Below, in pieces: positions 30,491-40,476 of a DNA stretch of 64,000 bases. The stretch's first letter is position 1. The number at the start of each line of letters is the position of its first letter. The DNA is from Parcubacteria group bacterium GW2011_GWA2_40_23 (GTDB lineage Bacteria; Patescibacteriota; Patescibacteriia; UBA11705; JABHMO01). The translations under genes and the position numbers were made by a program. The notes below the pieces were generated by a model, which saw nothing but the letters and a program-made list of their open reading frames with translations, was not told the origin of the DNA and searched no databases. The stretch spans positions 10,305-74,304 of the forward strand of contig LBYP01000005.1 of the NCBI GenBank assembly GCA_000996245.1. Direction: 5' to 3'.

Positions 30491-30700
30491 TCAATACGGA
30501 CCATGACGACTTGCACCTGAGCCCCGAGGTTTTATCCTATAGACCTTTCTTCCCCTTTCAATCCGGTAACAGCCCGTACATTCCGTTTTTATGCAGGACA
30601 CCGTTCCTCTTGGAGAATTGGGACTCTCCGTCTCGGGGAGACCGCTCAAGTCCAACTCAGTCCCACACAAGTCACACGTCAATGCGGATTTTTCCTCTGC
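30491..30700 (-). CDS. small zinc-ribbon protein (70 aa), GC-rich
   Basis: Internal Met of ORF 30491..30895 with GGAGAAG RBS; CDLCG ... CIKTECTGC. Confidence 0.4.
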   Translation of the reverse strand, partial: AEEKSALTCDLCGTELDLSGLPETESPNSPRGTVSCIKTECTGCYRIERGRKVYRIKPRGSGASRHGPY

Positions 30701-30726
30701 CATTTTTTCTTCTCCATCTGGCTTAA

Positions 30727-31044
30727 CTAGCGTAGTGTCCTGTCTCCAACTACCGACAGTTTGGTCGGATCCCAAGCACGCAGACCCAGCAGAATGACGA
30801 AAGCAAGCACCGCCAAGAACGCGAAGACTGGCGAGGTGCTCAGCATATCGCTCGGAGTAATCCCGACCGAGGCCTCCATGACGAACACCAGCCAAGTGAT
30901 GGCCGTAAGAAGAAAAGCACTCATCGCGACGCTGTGGTGGCTATCCGGCCAGTTTCCGCGAGTTGCCAGCCACGCCGGCAAGAACCCCAGCCCCAGGAAT
31001 AGCAAGCTTCCCAATAGAAAGATCAACCCAAAGATAAAGTCCAT
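30727..31044 (-). CDS. small membrane protein (3 TM, 105 aa), GC-rich
   Basis: GGGAGGAG RBS; three hydrophobic segments. Confidence 0.5.
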   Translation of the reverse strand: MDFIFGLIFLLGSLLFLGLGFLPAWLATRGNWPDSHHSVAMSAFLLTAITWLVFVMEASVGITPSDMLSTSPVFAFLAVLAFVILLGLRAWDPTKLSVVGDRTLR

Positions 31045-31188
31045 TTTCTCCTCCCTAGCAGTTAGATCTCAACCAATTACCCTTATTGTACACAAAACGT
31101 GAGGAAAATCAATCTCCATTAAAACCGCCGCCCCTGCCTGCCGGCAGGCAGGCTCTATGAGGAGCGCGGCAGTATGAACAGATGAACC

Positions 31189-31464
31189 TTACGGAATCAC
31201 GACCTCGTTCGGTCCCCGACCCCACTTGCCAGTGAAGCGAGCCGAACGCTGTGTGATCTCGGGCAGCGCCGTGCTACCTATCGGCCGCTCCCAGACACAG
31301 ACGACTCCACGTCGATCGGTAAGAATCCACTTAATGACGTTAGCGGCGCGCTCGTCGACAGCCATCGTCTTCACATACCATTCGGATTCCGAGTCGGAAC
31401 CGACGAACTTTGGCTTCGTGACAAGCGAGTTGCCAACTTCGTTGTCGTGCATTGCAATTTTCAT
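31189..31464 (-). CDS. hypothetical protein (91 aa), GC-rich
   Basis: GAGGGG RBS. Confidence 0.45.
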   Translation of the reverse strand: MKIAMHDNEVGNSLVTKPKFVGSDSESEWYVKTMAVDERAANVIKWILTDRRGVVCVWERPIGSTALPEITQRSARFTGKWGRGPNEVVIP

Positions 31465-31497
31465 CTAGAACCCCTCAGGTAACGAAGTTTCTCTAAG

Positions 31498-31752
31498 CTA
31501 GACAGCGCGCAGGATCAGAAGAACGACGGCAATAACTGCCGTAACCAGGAAAAGTGACAAGTAACCTCGGTTGCGCTTCCTCCGTGCCAGTTCGGTGCGG
31601 CCAGGTCTGCCTTCTCCCTCACAGACGTGGCAGACACCGTCCTTGTGGTGAATCTTATACCAGACTCGACCACAATGGATGCACTGCTCCTGTTCTTCGT
31701 CGCCCATGGCCGTAAACGTTTCCAGAACACGATCACCAAGATCGTCACTCAT
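31498..31752 (-). CDS. zinc-ribbon protein with a C-terminal TM helix (84 aa), GC-rich
   Basis: GGAGG RBS; CIHCG...CHVCEG; C-terminal LSLFLVTAVIAVVLLIL. The architecture resembles membrane anti-sigma-like proteins. Confidence 0.5.
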   Translation of the reverse strand: MSDDLGDRVLETFTAMGDEEQEQCIHCGRVWYKIHHKDGVCHVCEGEGRPGRTELARRKRNRGYLSLFLVTAVIAVVLLILRAV

Positions 31753-31867
31753 GAGTTGCCTCCAGGTTGTTACTTCCTACGAATAACAACTCAGGGTAAC
31801 AAAAAAAGGCAGATTTGTCAATGATTGTGCTATTTTACTGCAAAAAAGGCTAAAATTTGGTACAATA

Positions 31868-32653
31868 GTGAACAGAATACAAGTAACAAACAAAACAAGT
31901 ATGAAACTAACCTTCGTCGGCCTATCCTGTTTCTTAATTGAAGACAAAAAAGGTGGCCGCCTCCTAATCGATCCTTTTAATGACACGCCGCGCTGGACGC
32001 TTGGATTAACATTACCGAAAAAACTTAATGCCGATATTTTTTTAGCCTCGCATGCTGATGCTGATCATTCTTATTTGGATGAAAGATTTGTAGAGCACAA
32101 ACAAAGAAATGACGAAAAGCACACAACCAACATCAGTATCTTTCCAGATTTAAACTTACGCGGGACTTTGGTCAAAGAATGGAATGGCGATCTCTGTATT
32201 GCCTATCACTTCACTGTCGACGGTTTACGCTGTCTTCATTTGGCTGACAATTCACATCCACTGACGAAAAAACAAATCAAAGAGTTTGGACAAATCGATA
32301 TTTTATTTTTGCCCATGACAAAATCCAGATCAGAAAATATTGACGTTGAACTCAAAATCATCGGACAGTTGAAACCCAAAATAGTTATTCCATCGCACAC
32401 GATTCCTTTGCCACTAAAAACAGTTCGCCGCGGATACAAAGTTGTTTACGAAAAAATCAAAAAAATAATGTTGCCCCACAAAAACCCAGCCATCAACGAA
32501 TATTCTTTCGGAATTTTTTCGTACATGTTATTAGTTGCTAACAATTTGACCAAAAAAATTTCGACGAAGGAAATCACCGGCTGCAATGTCGAGATCAAGA
32601 AACTGCCGAGTAAAACAACGGTGTATTATTTTGATAAATGTTCAGCAAAATAA
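31868..32653 (+). CDS. MBL-fold metallo-hydrolase
   Basis: LASHADADHSY (HxHxDH-like); start possibly at 31901. Confidence 0.6.
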   Translation: MNRIQVTNKTSMKLTFVGLSCFLIEDKKGGRLLIDPFNDTPRWTLGLTLPKKLNADIFLASHADADHSYLDERFVEHKQRNDEKHTTNISIFPDLNLRGTLVKEWNGDLCIAYHFTVDGLRCLHLADNSHPLTKKQIKEFGQIDILFLPMTKSRSENIDVELKIIGQLKPKIVIPSHTIPLPLKTVRRGYKVVYEKIKKIMLPHKNPAINEYSFGIFSYMLLVANNLTKKISTKEITGCNVEIKKLPSKTTVYYFDKCSAK

Positions 32654-32658
32654 GCAAT

Positions 32659-32988
32659 ATGAAAATCAAAAACCTCGAGAACATTTCCCTGGATCAATTA
32701 AATTTTGAGTTGAAAAATGGCGCTAAGTTTATTGTATTCCCTTTTTGTGTTTCGATAGGCTTTATGTCTTTTAATCGCGCCAGTGGTGTCCATTTTGTAA
32801 AACAAGGCGAGTCGACGCTCCGGCCAGCACTACTTTATTCATTAATCTCATTCATTGTTGGTTGGTGGGGAATCCCCTGGGGACCGATTTGGACTGTACA
32901 TTCAATTTATAAAAATTTATCTGGCGGTAAAGATATGACCAAGGAAATTTTAATTGCATTAAACACATCTTCAGAGCAGACCAAATAA
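32659..32988 (+). CDS. small membrane hypothetical protein
   Basis: Internal ATG of ORF 32638..32988; hydrophobic segments. Confidence 0.35.
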   Translation: MKIKNLENISLDQLNFELKNGAKFIVFPFCVSIGFMSFNRASGVHFVKQGESTLRPALLYSLISFIVGWWGIPWGPIWTVHSIYKNLSGGKDMTKEILIALNTSSEQTK

Positions 32989-33048
32989 TAATACAAAATA
33001 TTCCTCCTAGAATTTGCTCGTTTATAGTTGATGCTACAATGAGAATAT

Positions 33049-33873
33049 ATGAAAAACCTAAACAAACAAATTGCTTTATTCAAAGGCAAAGGAATCCGCA
33101 GAATTATTTATAAAAAAGAATGGTGGTTTTCTGTTGTGGATGTAGTCGCAGCTTTAACTGATAGCCCAACCCCACGGAAATACTGGGGGAAAATTAAACA
33201 ACGCGAGTTTATTGATCCTCAGTTGTCCCCAATTTGGGGACAACTGAAATTAGAGTCTTCTGATGGTAAAACTTATAAAACAGACTGTGCAAACACGGAA
33301 GGTCTTTTTCGCATTATTCAATCTATTCCGTCCCCGAAAGCAGAACCATTCAAACGCTGGCTAGCAAAAACTGGTTACGAAAGAATTCAAGAAATTGATA
33401 ACCCAGAATTAGGTTCAAAACGAGCCAAGCTTCTTTATAAACTTAAAGGTTATCCTGATAGTTGGATCGAAAAAAGACTACAAGGGATTGCTGTCCGCAA
33501 CGCATTAACTGATGAATGGGATAAACGTGGTGCCGATAATCAACAATCTTACGAAATTTTAACTGCGGAGATATCTAAAGCAACGTTTGAATTGACGCCA
33601 TCTGATTACAAAAAGCTAAAGGGACTTAAAAAAGAGAACCTTCGCGATCACATGAACAGTATGGAACTCATATTAACAATGCTCAGCGAACAAACCACCA
33701 AAGAAATTCATAAAGACAAAAATTCCAAAGGTTTACCAAAATTAAAAGATGATGCCCGAGCTGGTGGTCAAATTGCGGGGTCTACGCGTAAGCAAATCGA
33801 AAGAAAACTTGGACGAACAGTTATTTCGAAGAAAAACTTTTTATCCGACGTAAATAAAAAGCAATTAAAATAA
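33049..33873 (+). CDS. Bro-N / RhuM (DinD-like) family protein
   Basis: N-terminal IRRIIYKKEWWFSVVDVVAALTD matches the Bro-N pattern. Confidence 0.5.
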   Translation: MKNLNKQIALFKGKGIRRIIYKKEWWFSVVDVVAALTDSPTPRKYWGKIKQREFIDPQLSPIWGQLKLESSDGKTYKTDCANTEGLFRIIQSIPSPKAEPFKRWLAKTGYERIQEIDNPELGSKRAKLLYKLKGYPDSWIEKRLQGIAVRNALTDEWDKRGADNQQSYEILTAEISKATFELTPSDYKKLKGLKKENLRDHMNSMELILTMLSEQTTKEIHKDKNSKGLPKLKDDARAGGQIAGSTRKQIERKLGRTVISKKNFLSDVNKKQLK

Positions 33874-33878
33874 AACAC

Positions 33879-34985
33879 ATGCCCCAATTCTCCCTCGCCA
33901 CAAACTTTGACACCAAAATTCTTTCAGAAATCGACAAACTGAATAAAAAATATCCAGAATCGAAAGTTTTTGAAGTTTATGGATCACTGCCACTAAGTTT
34001 GACCGGCAGCGGACGCAGTACGATTGGACTGCCGGCAGTCTCAACAACTGATCTTGCAAAACATATAGAGACAGCTCATAAATTTTCTTTAAAGTTTAAT
34101 TATTTAATGAATTCCTCCCGCGTCAGCGATCTTGATGACTTAACATTCCGAAAACAACTTGATATGTTCCTTAACGACTTAATAAAAATTCAGGTCGATT
34201 CAATTACTTTAGCGGACGAAAAACTGATTCGATATGTTCGTCGAAAATTCCCAACCCTGCCAATCCACGTTTCTCTAATCACCGGAGTCGATACAGTTGC
34301 CGAAGCAAAAAAATATTCTAATTTGGGCGTTTCACTCACCACATTGAATCAACACACCATAAATCGAGACCTAAAAACGATAGCAACAATCGTTCAAGAC
34401 GTAAATTGTGATATAATGTTGTATGCTAACATTTCTTGTTTACAAAATTGTCCACTGAGAGACGCGCACTACAAGTGGCTGAGCTCACAATCGAACGAAT
34501 CGACGACTGACGACAATCAACGAGTCGATAAATTCATTTTACAATGTGAGCGACAATATATCGAAAATCCAATCGAATTTTTACGCTCTCCTTTTATCCG
34601 TCCAGAGGCTTTAAAACTTTACGAGGCTGTCGGAGTCAAGCATTTTAAACTTTCGGATCGCCGCGAGTCGACGGAAGCGCTCGTAAAGACTGCTGAAGCA
34701 TACATGAGCGGCGCATTCCATGGCAACTTATTCTCATTTCTTTTTCGAGACGATAGAAAATGGTCCAATGCAGTCAGAAACATCGTCGAGGTTAAATCTT
34801 TGGGCAATACTGCAATTAATATCAACAACGATAAATTGACGGCCTTCAACTTTGATGAGCTTGTGACATTGTTAACCGGAGAAGATCTAGAAAAATTTTA
34901 TGTGGACATGACCACGGCGGCCGTTTCCGGAGTCGACGATCAAAAAACAAAAAGCTTTCACAATAAATTACAGTCGGTTTTATGA
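33879..34985 (+). CDS. peptidase U32-family-like protein
   Basis: Overall U32 layout ending in CDIMLYANISCLQNCPLR, which resembles the U32 Cys motif. Confidence 0.4.
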   Translation: MPQFSLATNFDTKILSEIDKLNKKYPESKVFEVYGSLPLSLTGSGRSTIGLPAVSTTDLAKHIETAHKFSLKFNYLMNSSRVSDLDDLTFRKQLDMFLNDLIKIQVDSITLADEKLIRYVRRKFPTLPIHVSLITGVDTVAEAKKYSNLGVSLTTLNQHTINRDLKTIATIVQDVNCDIMLYANISCLQNCPLRDAHYKWLSSQSNESTTDDNQRVDKFILQCERQYIENPIEFLRSPFIRPEALKLYEAVGVKHFKLSDRRESTEALVKTAEAYMSGAFHGNLFSFLFRDDRKWSNAVRNIVEVKSLGNTAININNDKLTAFNFDELVTLLTGEDLEKFYVDMTTAAVSGVDDQKTKSFHNKLQSVL

Positions 34986-35584
34986 AAAAATCCATTGCCA
35001 AATCCTACAACAAAATCGCCCACGAGTATACTCAAGCTCATGGTTATGGCGAACATGTTACACTTAACTCTTTGAAAAAATTTGTAAAACTCTTGCCCGT
35101 TAAAGCAAAAATTCTTGATGTCGGTTGCGGCGGCGGGCAAGATTCAAAATTTTTAACCGAAGCTGGCTACGCTGTTCTCGGCGTTGATGTGTCGAAGGAA
35201 ATGATTAAGCTCGCCAAAAGGTATTCCCCAAAAACAACATTTGCAGTCGCTGACGTGATGTCTTTACCAGCAAAAATAAAATACAATGGAATCTGGTGCT
35301 GTCGTGTCTTTTATCACATTTCAATTACTGAGCAAGGTAAGTTTTTAAAAAAATTAAACGTTTTACTTAAAAAAGATGGTATTCTATATCTGACTACCGT
35401 CACCAGTGACACAAAAGAAGATTATGAAGCTTATGATTCTGGTAGCGACGGTCTTTTAAAAAAACGCTTGACTGGAAAATCATTCAAAGCATTACTTAAG
35501 AAATATAATTTTAAAATTTTGAAGTTCAAGTATTGGGTTGGGAAAAAGGGGATGGAAGTCTATGCAACCAAACGAATAAAGTAA
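34982..35584 (+). CDS. class I SAM-dependent methyltransferase
   Basis: ILDVGCGGGQD motif. Confidence 0.65.
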   Translation: MKKSIAKSYNKIAHEYTQAHGYGEHVTLNSLKKFVKLLPVKAKILDVGCGGGQDSKFLTEAGYAVLGVDVSKEMIKLAKRYSPKTTFAVADVMSLPAKIKYNGIWCCRVFYHISITEQGKFLKKLNVLLKKDGILYLTTVTSDTKEDYEAYDSGSDGLLKKRLTGKSFKALLKKYNFKILKFKYWVGKKGMEVYATKRIK

Positions 35585-35633
35585 ACATTTACAACAAGCG
35601 AAGCGATAAAACAATTTTAACAACTAGAACAAT

Positions 35634-35975
35634 ATGCGCTTTCTCCTTCGCTCAAAAATTCACAAAGCCACAGTCACCGAAGCAAACCTCAACTATATCG
35701 GCAGCATCACCATCGATAAAACTTTGATCGAAAAAGTCGGCTTTTGGCCTGGCGAAAAAGTTTTAGTTGTCAGCAACACAACTGGCGCCAGACTAGAAAC
35801 CTACATTATTGTCGGCAAGAAAAACTCCGGAATCATTTGCATGAATGGTGCAGCTGCTCATCTGATAAAAAAAGGCGAAGAAATAATTATTATGGGTTTT
35901 GAATTGACTAATAAAAAAATAGAACCGAAAATGATTTTAGTTGATAAAAAAAATAAGTTTGTAAAATCTTTATAA
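35634..35975 (+). CDS. panD: aspartate 1-decarboxylase
   Basis: LRSKIHKATVTEANLNYIGSITID ... ICMNGAAAH, hallmark PanD. Confidence 0.85.
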   Translation: MRFLLRSKIHKATVTEANLNYIGSITIDKTLIEKVGFWPGEKVLVVSNTTGARLETYIIVGKKNSGIICMNGAAAHLIKKGEEIIIMGFELTNKKIEPKMILVDKKNKFVKSL

Positions 35976-36018
35976 ATAATAAATCCCCGCTCACGTTGCG
36001 CAAGCAGGGACTTTTCTA

Positions 36019-36537
36019 TCAGTACGTTCTTTTTTCACGATTCTCCGTGGCGATTCGTCCCGTCCCCTTCGGATCGAAGACGTGAACCAGGAGCATGGCC
36101 CACTCGAGGCAAAAGGCCTTGAAGCCAATCCAGTACCGCATTGGGACCAGCTTGACTTTTCGGTGATGCGCCAGACGGAAGGTCACCCAGAACCGCAAGG
36201 CATGTTGCCAGTGCGTCACCACCGTGAAGTGCTGGTCATGATCGCGCTCCACAAGACGTAGAACACCCGAGATATTCTCGTAGGTGTCACGTGACAGTTC
36301 CTCGCACAAGATCTTGTTGGCATGAACGCCTTGTTCATTCAACCAAGAACGCATGAGCAAGCTAGACGCGATAGTCTGGGTATCAGCCGGCAGGTAAATC
36401 CCGCCCATGACAACGATGGCATCGTACTTTCCGCTCTGCCACAAGGACAAAGCACGCATGAGCCGCTTCTCCGTCATCATGCCGTCCAAGCGATTCTTCG
36501 CTACAACCTCGCAACTGGGAACGAGCAAATAACGCAT
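36019..36537 (-). CDS. DUF218 (YdcF/SanA-like) protein, GC-rich
   Basis: AIVVMGG ... TSL ... VTHWQHALR pattern. Confidence 0.5.
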   Translation of the reverse strand: MRYLLVPSCEVVAKNRLDGMMTEKRLMRALSLWQSGKYDAIVVMGGIYLPADTQTIASSLLMRSWLNEQGVHANKILCEELSRDTYENISGVLRLVERDHDQHFTVVTHWQHALRFWVTFRLAHHRKVKLVPMRYWIGFKAFCLEWAMLLVHVFDPKGTGRIATENREKRTY

Positions 36538-36606
36538 CGTCTAACCTCACAAAATTGTTTTTCAATGACCTTATAAGATACCAAAACAAAGACTTTTTGT
36601 CAATCC

Positions 36607-37137
36607 TTGCAAAAAAATAATATTACTTCTATGACTCAAGCCCTCAACGTCGAATTTGAAAAAGCTGTTCGCTTATTGGCCGAATTCTTCCCTATTTCTG
36701 ATGAGAGCACGTGCAAACCAGTTTTATTCCATGACATTCGTGTTGGGGTTTATTTATACGAAAATAATTATTCACGCGAAATTGTTCTCGCCGGAATATT
36801 ACATGATATTTTAGAGTTTTCTGATGCAGGTGAAGAAATGTTGCGTGATGAGTTTGGTGAGGAAGTTCTAAATCTTGTCTATGCTTGTACCAAGGATGAC
36901 ACGCTCGACAATCCAGAAGAAAAAACCAATGATATGATTAGTCGTTGCGTGGAATGTGGCCAAGACGCTCTTATTGTAAAAACAGCGGATACAATTGATA
37001 GTTTTAAATATTACACCGCGACTAAAAAGACTGATCAACTCGAAAATCACTGTCTTCGAACCGCTAAAGCAATTTTCAATTACAAACCAGCCAGTTTTAA
37101 TGATAAAATATTTGATGAATTAAAAAAATGGTTATAA
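36607..37137 (+). CDS. HD-domain phosphohydrolase
   Basis: H..HDIRVGV ... GILHDILE. Confidence 0.6.
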   Translation: MQKNNITSMTQALNVEFEKAVRLLAEFFPISDESTCKPVLFHDIRVGVYLYENNYSREIVLAGILHDILEFSDAGEEMLRDEFGEEVLNLVYACTKDDTLDNPEEKTNDMISRCVECGQDALIVKTADTIDSFKYYTATKKTDQLENHCLRTAKAIFNYKPASFNDKIFDELKKWL

Positions 37138-37151
37138 ATATAAAATAATTT

Positions 37152-38117
37152 ATGTTAAGCCTCATTCTGTTTGTTCTTGGAATAATCCTCTTGATAAAAG
37201 GAGCAGATGTTCTCGTAGACGGCTCTTCTGCTTTAGCAAAAAGATTCAAGGTACCAACAATTGTTATCGGTCTCACTATTGTTGCTTTTGGTACATCCAT
37301 GCCCGAGCTAATTGTTAATGTCATGGCCGCCATAAGTGGTAATGGAGCTATTGCTTTTGGCAATGTTATTGGCAGCAACCTCGCTAACATCCTACTTATT
37401 TTGGGCGTAGCCGCCTGCATCACAAATATAAAAGTTAAAAAATCAACAATTTGGAAAGAAATTCCTTTTTCACTTCTTGCAGTTTTAGTCCTTTTTATAT
37501 TCATGAATACACAATTTTTTGATAATCTCGGTGGCACCACGATTTCACGATCCAATGGTTTAATTCTACTTCTTTTCTTTGTTATTTTTCTATATTATGT
37601 TGTTGAACTATCGCGTCGCAAACAAAACAACGTCGAAGCAGAAGAAATTGTTATAAAAAAACTTTCAACCTTAAAAATATTTGTTTACATTGTTGGTGGA
37701 TTAGTTGCCCTGTTCTTTGGCGGTAAATGGACGGTTGAAGGCGCTGTTATGGTTGCCCGATGGTTGGGCATGAGTGAATATTTTATTTCTTTAACTATTG
37801 TGGCCGTGGGCACATCGCTACCAGAATTAGTTACCACCATTATTGCTGCCAGAAAAAAGAATATGGACTTAGCCGTGGGCAACATTGTCGGAAGCAATAT
37901 TTTCAATATCTTTTGGATACTTGGTCTTAGCGCGCTCATTACTCCGATTATAATTCCTGCTTTTGCTCTTTATGATGTTATCGTTCTTTGTGGCACAACC
38001 TTTCTTTTGTTTATATTCATGTTCATCAACAAAAGGCATGAACTGGAAAGGTGGCAAGGCATAATTTTTCTGCTTATCTATATTGGATACGTTTATCATT
38101 TGTTAATACGAGGATAA
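37152..38117 (+). CDS. Ca2+/Na+ antiporter (CaCA family, YrbG-like)
   Basis: Two alpha-repeats, GTSMPELIVNV and GTSLPELVTTI. Confidence 0.8.
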   Translation: MLSLILFVLGIILLIKGADVLVDGSSALAKRFKVPTIVIGLTIVAFGTSMPELIVNVMAAISGNGAIAFGNVIGSNLANILLILGVAACITNIKVKKSTIWKEIPFSLLAVLVLFIFMNTQFFDNLGGTTISRSNGLILLLFFVIFLYYVVELSRRKQNNVEAEEIVIKKLSTLKIFVYIVGGLVALFFGGKWTVEGAVMVARWLGMSEYFISLTIVAVGTSLPELVTTIIAARKKNMDLAVGNIVGSNIFNIFWILGLSALITPIIIPAFALYDVIVLCGTTFLLFIFMFINKRHELERWQGIIFLLIYIGYVYHLLIRG

Positions 38118-38185
38118 AATAATTTTAAAAAAATCACCGTGCACAGTTTTGAGCTAGCACGGTTTTTTTTCGTGTTGTTGGCGTA

Positions 38186-38458
38186 TTAGCCAACGAGACG
38201 GTAGAGATAATCACGAGCTACAGGTATCCCTGGCTTCGAACTTGCCTGGAATTCGTCGTCGGTTTGCAGACGTTCGAGAACTTTTCCGGGCGAAATGAGC
38301 TTGCACAATTCCGAGTACAGATACGGTTGCACGAAATTAGGTGTACGCACCTGCACAGTCTCAGTGAGAGTCCCTAGATCGTACCAAAGTCCTGGCAAGT
38401 ACCCCAGAACTTCGAGAATGAGAGCACTCACAGCCGATCGAACTTCTAACTCGTTCAT
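38186..38458 (-). CDS. hypothetical protein (about 90 aa), GC-rich
   Basis: Internal ATG of ORF 38186..38470. Confidence 0.35.
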   Translation of the reverse strand: MNELEVRSAVSALILEVLGYLPGLWYDLGTLTETVQVRTPNFVQPYLYSELCKLISPGKVLERLQTDDEFQASSKPGIPVARDYLYRLVG

Positions 38459-38571
38459 TCTTATTCTCAATGTGGTTGATCATTTCGATCTGCGGACTCT
38501 CGACATTATCATTATAACAATAATTTGTAAACAATTCTTTCTTCATTATTTGTTATTCAAAATTCTATATT

Positions 38572-38612
38572 TTTGAAAAAAATTCTCCCCCCAGCTGCAT
38601 GCAGCTGGGGGG
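38572..38612 (-). terminator. rho-independent terminator (perfect 13-bp palindrome)
   Basis: ccccccagctgcatgcagctgggggg with a T-run on the minus strand. Confidence 0.65.
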
Positions 38613-38620
38613 AGTCGAAC

Positions 38621-39505
38621 CTAGTTCAGCACGTCGAGCTTGCCGTGCTTGATCCAGTTCTTGAACGTGGTCGTGGGGAAGCGGAGCCGAAGCTTCTCGA
38701 GCTCGGCCTCGCTGGTGCCGACGGACTCGGGGGTCTGCCCGCTCAACTTGATGATCGCGAGCACCTTGTCCACTTGCACTGACGAGTCAGGGTAGTCCCA
38801 GAACTTGTCACGCAGCTTGCTCATGAGGGCGTCGAGCGAACGCTGGTAGGCCAGGTCAGCCAGATCCTGTGCGTGCTCCTTGGTGATGGACCCGTGCGAG
38901 TAGATCTCGTCGTCAGCCTTGTAGCCATTCGCATGCCAGAGCTCGTTTTTGAAACGCTCTACCAGCTTGCTCGGCGTGAAGTACCCGCTCTCGTTGAATT
39001 CGACCGGGTACTGGTACAGCTTTAGGAGCGTATACTCAGCCATCCGCGCATGGTTGACACCAAGCGTCACGTCGATGTCGTGCTGGGTCTTGCCCAGCTC
39101 TTCAAGGGTGGTGTTGTGCTTCTTGATCTCGCTCAAGAAGCTGTTGAACCTCTCCGAGAGCGACTCGGAGTACCCATCGTCGTACAGATCCTCGCACCGG
39201 TAGTTGAGCAGGGACAGGAGATTCCCTTCGAACCCTTTGTGCTTGCTCTTTTTCACGAGGAGCTGGAGCTCTTCCTTCGTCGTGTTGAGCTGCTGGTACG
39301 TCATTAACCCTGCGTCCAGGTAACCCATGAGGTGCTGAACGTCCTGCTCGAGGTCGAACGGAGGCGTCTCCGCCTGCTTCCAGCCGCGGATCTCCTCAGC
39401 CCAGCTGTCGATCTGTGCGGCACGCCGCGTCTCTTCCGAGATCTCGCTCATCTTGCTGCAGTACACCATGTTGAGCATGAGGACAATGAACAGAACGCGA
39501 CGCAT
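38621..39505 (-). CDS. secreted hypothetical protein (signal peptide), GC-rich
   Basis: MRRVLFIVLMLNMVYCS signal; start chosen at the second ATG. Confidence 0.5.
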   Translation of the reverse strand: MRRVLFIVLMLNMVYCSKMSEISEETRRAAQIDSWAEEIRGWKQAETPPFDLEQDVQHLMGYLDAGLMTYQQLNTTKEELQLLVKKSKHKGFEGNLLSLLNYRCEDLYDDGYSESLSERFNSFLSEIKKHNTTLEELGKTQHDIDVTLGVNHARMAEYTLLKLYQYPVEFNESGYFTPSKLVERFKNELWHANGYKADDEIYSHGSITKEHAQDLADLAYQRSLDALMSKLRDKFWDYPDSSVQVDKVLAIIKLSGQTPESVGTSEAELEKLRLRFPTTTFKNWIKHGKLDVLN

Positions 39506-39551
39506 GAAGCACCCCAAAACAGTTGATCTGTCCGCCCTTTGCGAACCATAA

Positions 39552-39580
39552 ATAATAGCAATTTAAATCATTTTTGTCAA
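39552..39580 (-). promoter_or_regulatory. sigma70-like promoter (TTGACA-17-TATTAT) for the secreted-protein gene
   Basis: Seen on the minus strand in AT-rich DNA. Confidence 0.5.
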
Positions 39581-39624
39581 CAATTTTTTATGAGATGTGA
39601 ACAAAACCAAAGTAGATTTTGTAT

Positions 39625-39644
39625 GGGCTCAAGAAATTGAGCCC
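39625..39644. promoter_or_regulatory. palindromic motif GGGCTCAAGAAATTGAGCCC (copy 1 of 2)
   Basis: 8-bp arms with a 4-nt spacer, about 45 nt upstream of the -35 box; the second copy is at 46500..46519 with compensatory arm changes. Confidence 0.4.
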
Positions 39645-39648
39645 TGTC

Positions 39649-40473
39649 TCAAAGACTTTGTTCAAACGGGTTTTGCTTCGTAAAATCCGGCACAAAGCAA
39701 TCCGTTGCATCCAAATCCTGCGTCCAACCATTTAGCATTCCTTTTTCCGTCAAATATGTGAAGATTTTGTGTACCTCTTCCTCGTTATTCGTTCTTCGTA
39801 ATTCGTTATTCTCTGTACTCTTATAAATTGGAGCATATTGCGCCATTAAACTCACATAAATTTTCTTATTGATTGAAGATAAAATGTCGATTGCACATAA
39901 ACTACTTTCAGTTTGTCCTGGAAGAATTAAATGTCTGACAATTAAACCGGATTTGGCAATTCCATTTTCGTCGAGAATAAGTTCTGGACGTATTTCATTT
40001 AAATATTTAATTGCTTCTGTCGCAATATCAGTATAATTATGAACGCCGGAATATTTTTGGCCGAGTTCATTGAAACCGTATTTAAAATCAGGTAAAAAAA
40101 TGTCGACAACGTCAGAAACATTTTTTAACACCTCAACATTTTCATAACCATTCGAGTTCCAGACAATCGGGATCGTCAGCCCTTTCTTTTTGGCTTTTTT
40201 AATCGCTGGAACTATCGTCTGCCACCAAATCGTCGGTGTGACGAGGTTGATATTGACTGCATTCTGTTTTTGTAAGTCGATCATTATGTCGACGAGCTCA
40301 TCTTCAGAATAATCTTTCCCTAAATTTTCTTGAGAGATTTGATAATTCTGGCAATAACAGCATTTCAAATTACATTTACTAAAAAAAATGGTGCCGGAGC
40401 CTTGCGACTCGTCACCAACTAACGGTGGTTCTTCACCAAAATGTTTGCCGTACCAGGCAATGCGGACTGACAT
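39649..40473 (-). CDS. radical SAM protein (PFL-activase-like)
   Basis: CNLKCCYCQN CxxxCxxC motif. Confidence 0.65.
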   Translation of the reverse strand: MSVRIAWYGKHFGEEPPLVGDESQGSGTIFFSKCNLKCCYCQNYQISQENLGKDYSEDELVDIMIDLQKQNAVNINLVTPTIWWQTIVPAIKKAKKKGLTIPIVWNSNGYENVEVLKNVSDVVDIFLPDFKYGFNELGQKYSGVHNYTDIATEAIKYLNEIRPELILDENGIAKSGLIVRHLILPGQTESSLCAIDILSSINKKIYVSLMAQYAPIYKSTENNELRRTNNEEEVHKIFTYLTEKGMLNGWTQDLDATDCFVPDFTKQNPFEQSL

Positions 40474-40476
40474 AAA

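Noticed and set aside
30439-30895. ORFs 30439..30726 (+) and the full 134-aa 30491..30895 (-)
   Set aside because: The plus ORF is antisense to the 70-aa Zn-ribbon gene. The long minus ORF overlaps the 3-TM gene by about 170 nt; only its RBS-preceded C-terminal 70 aa was kept.
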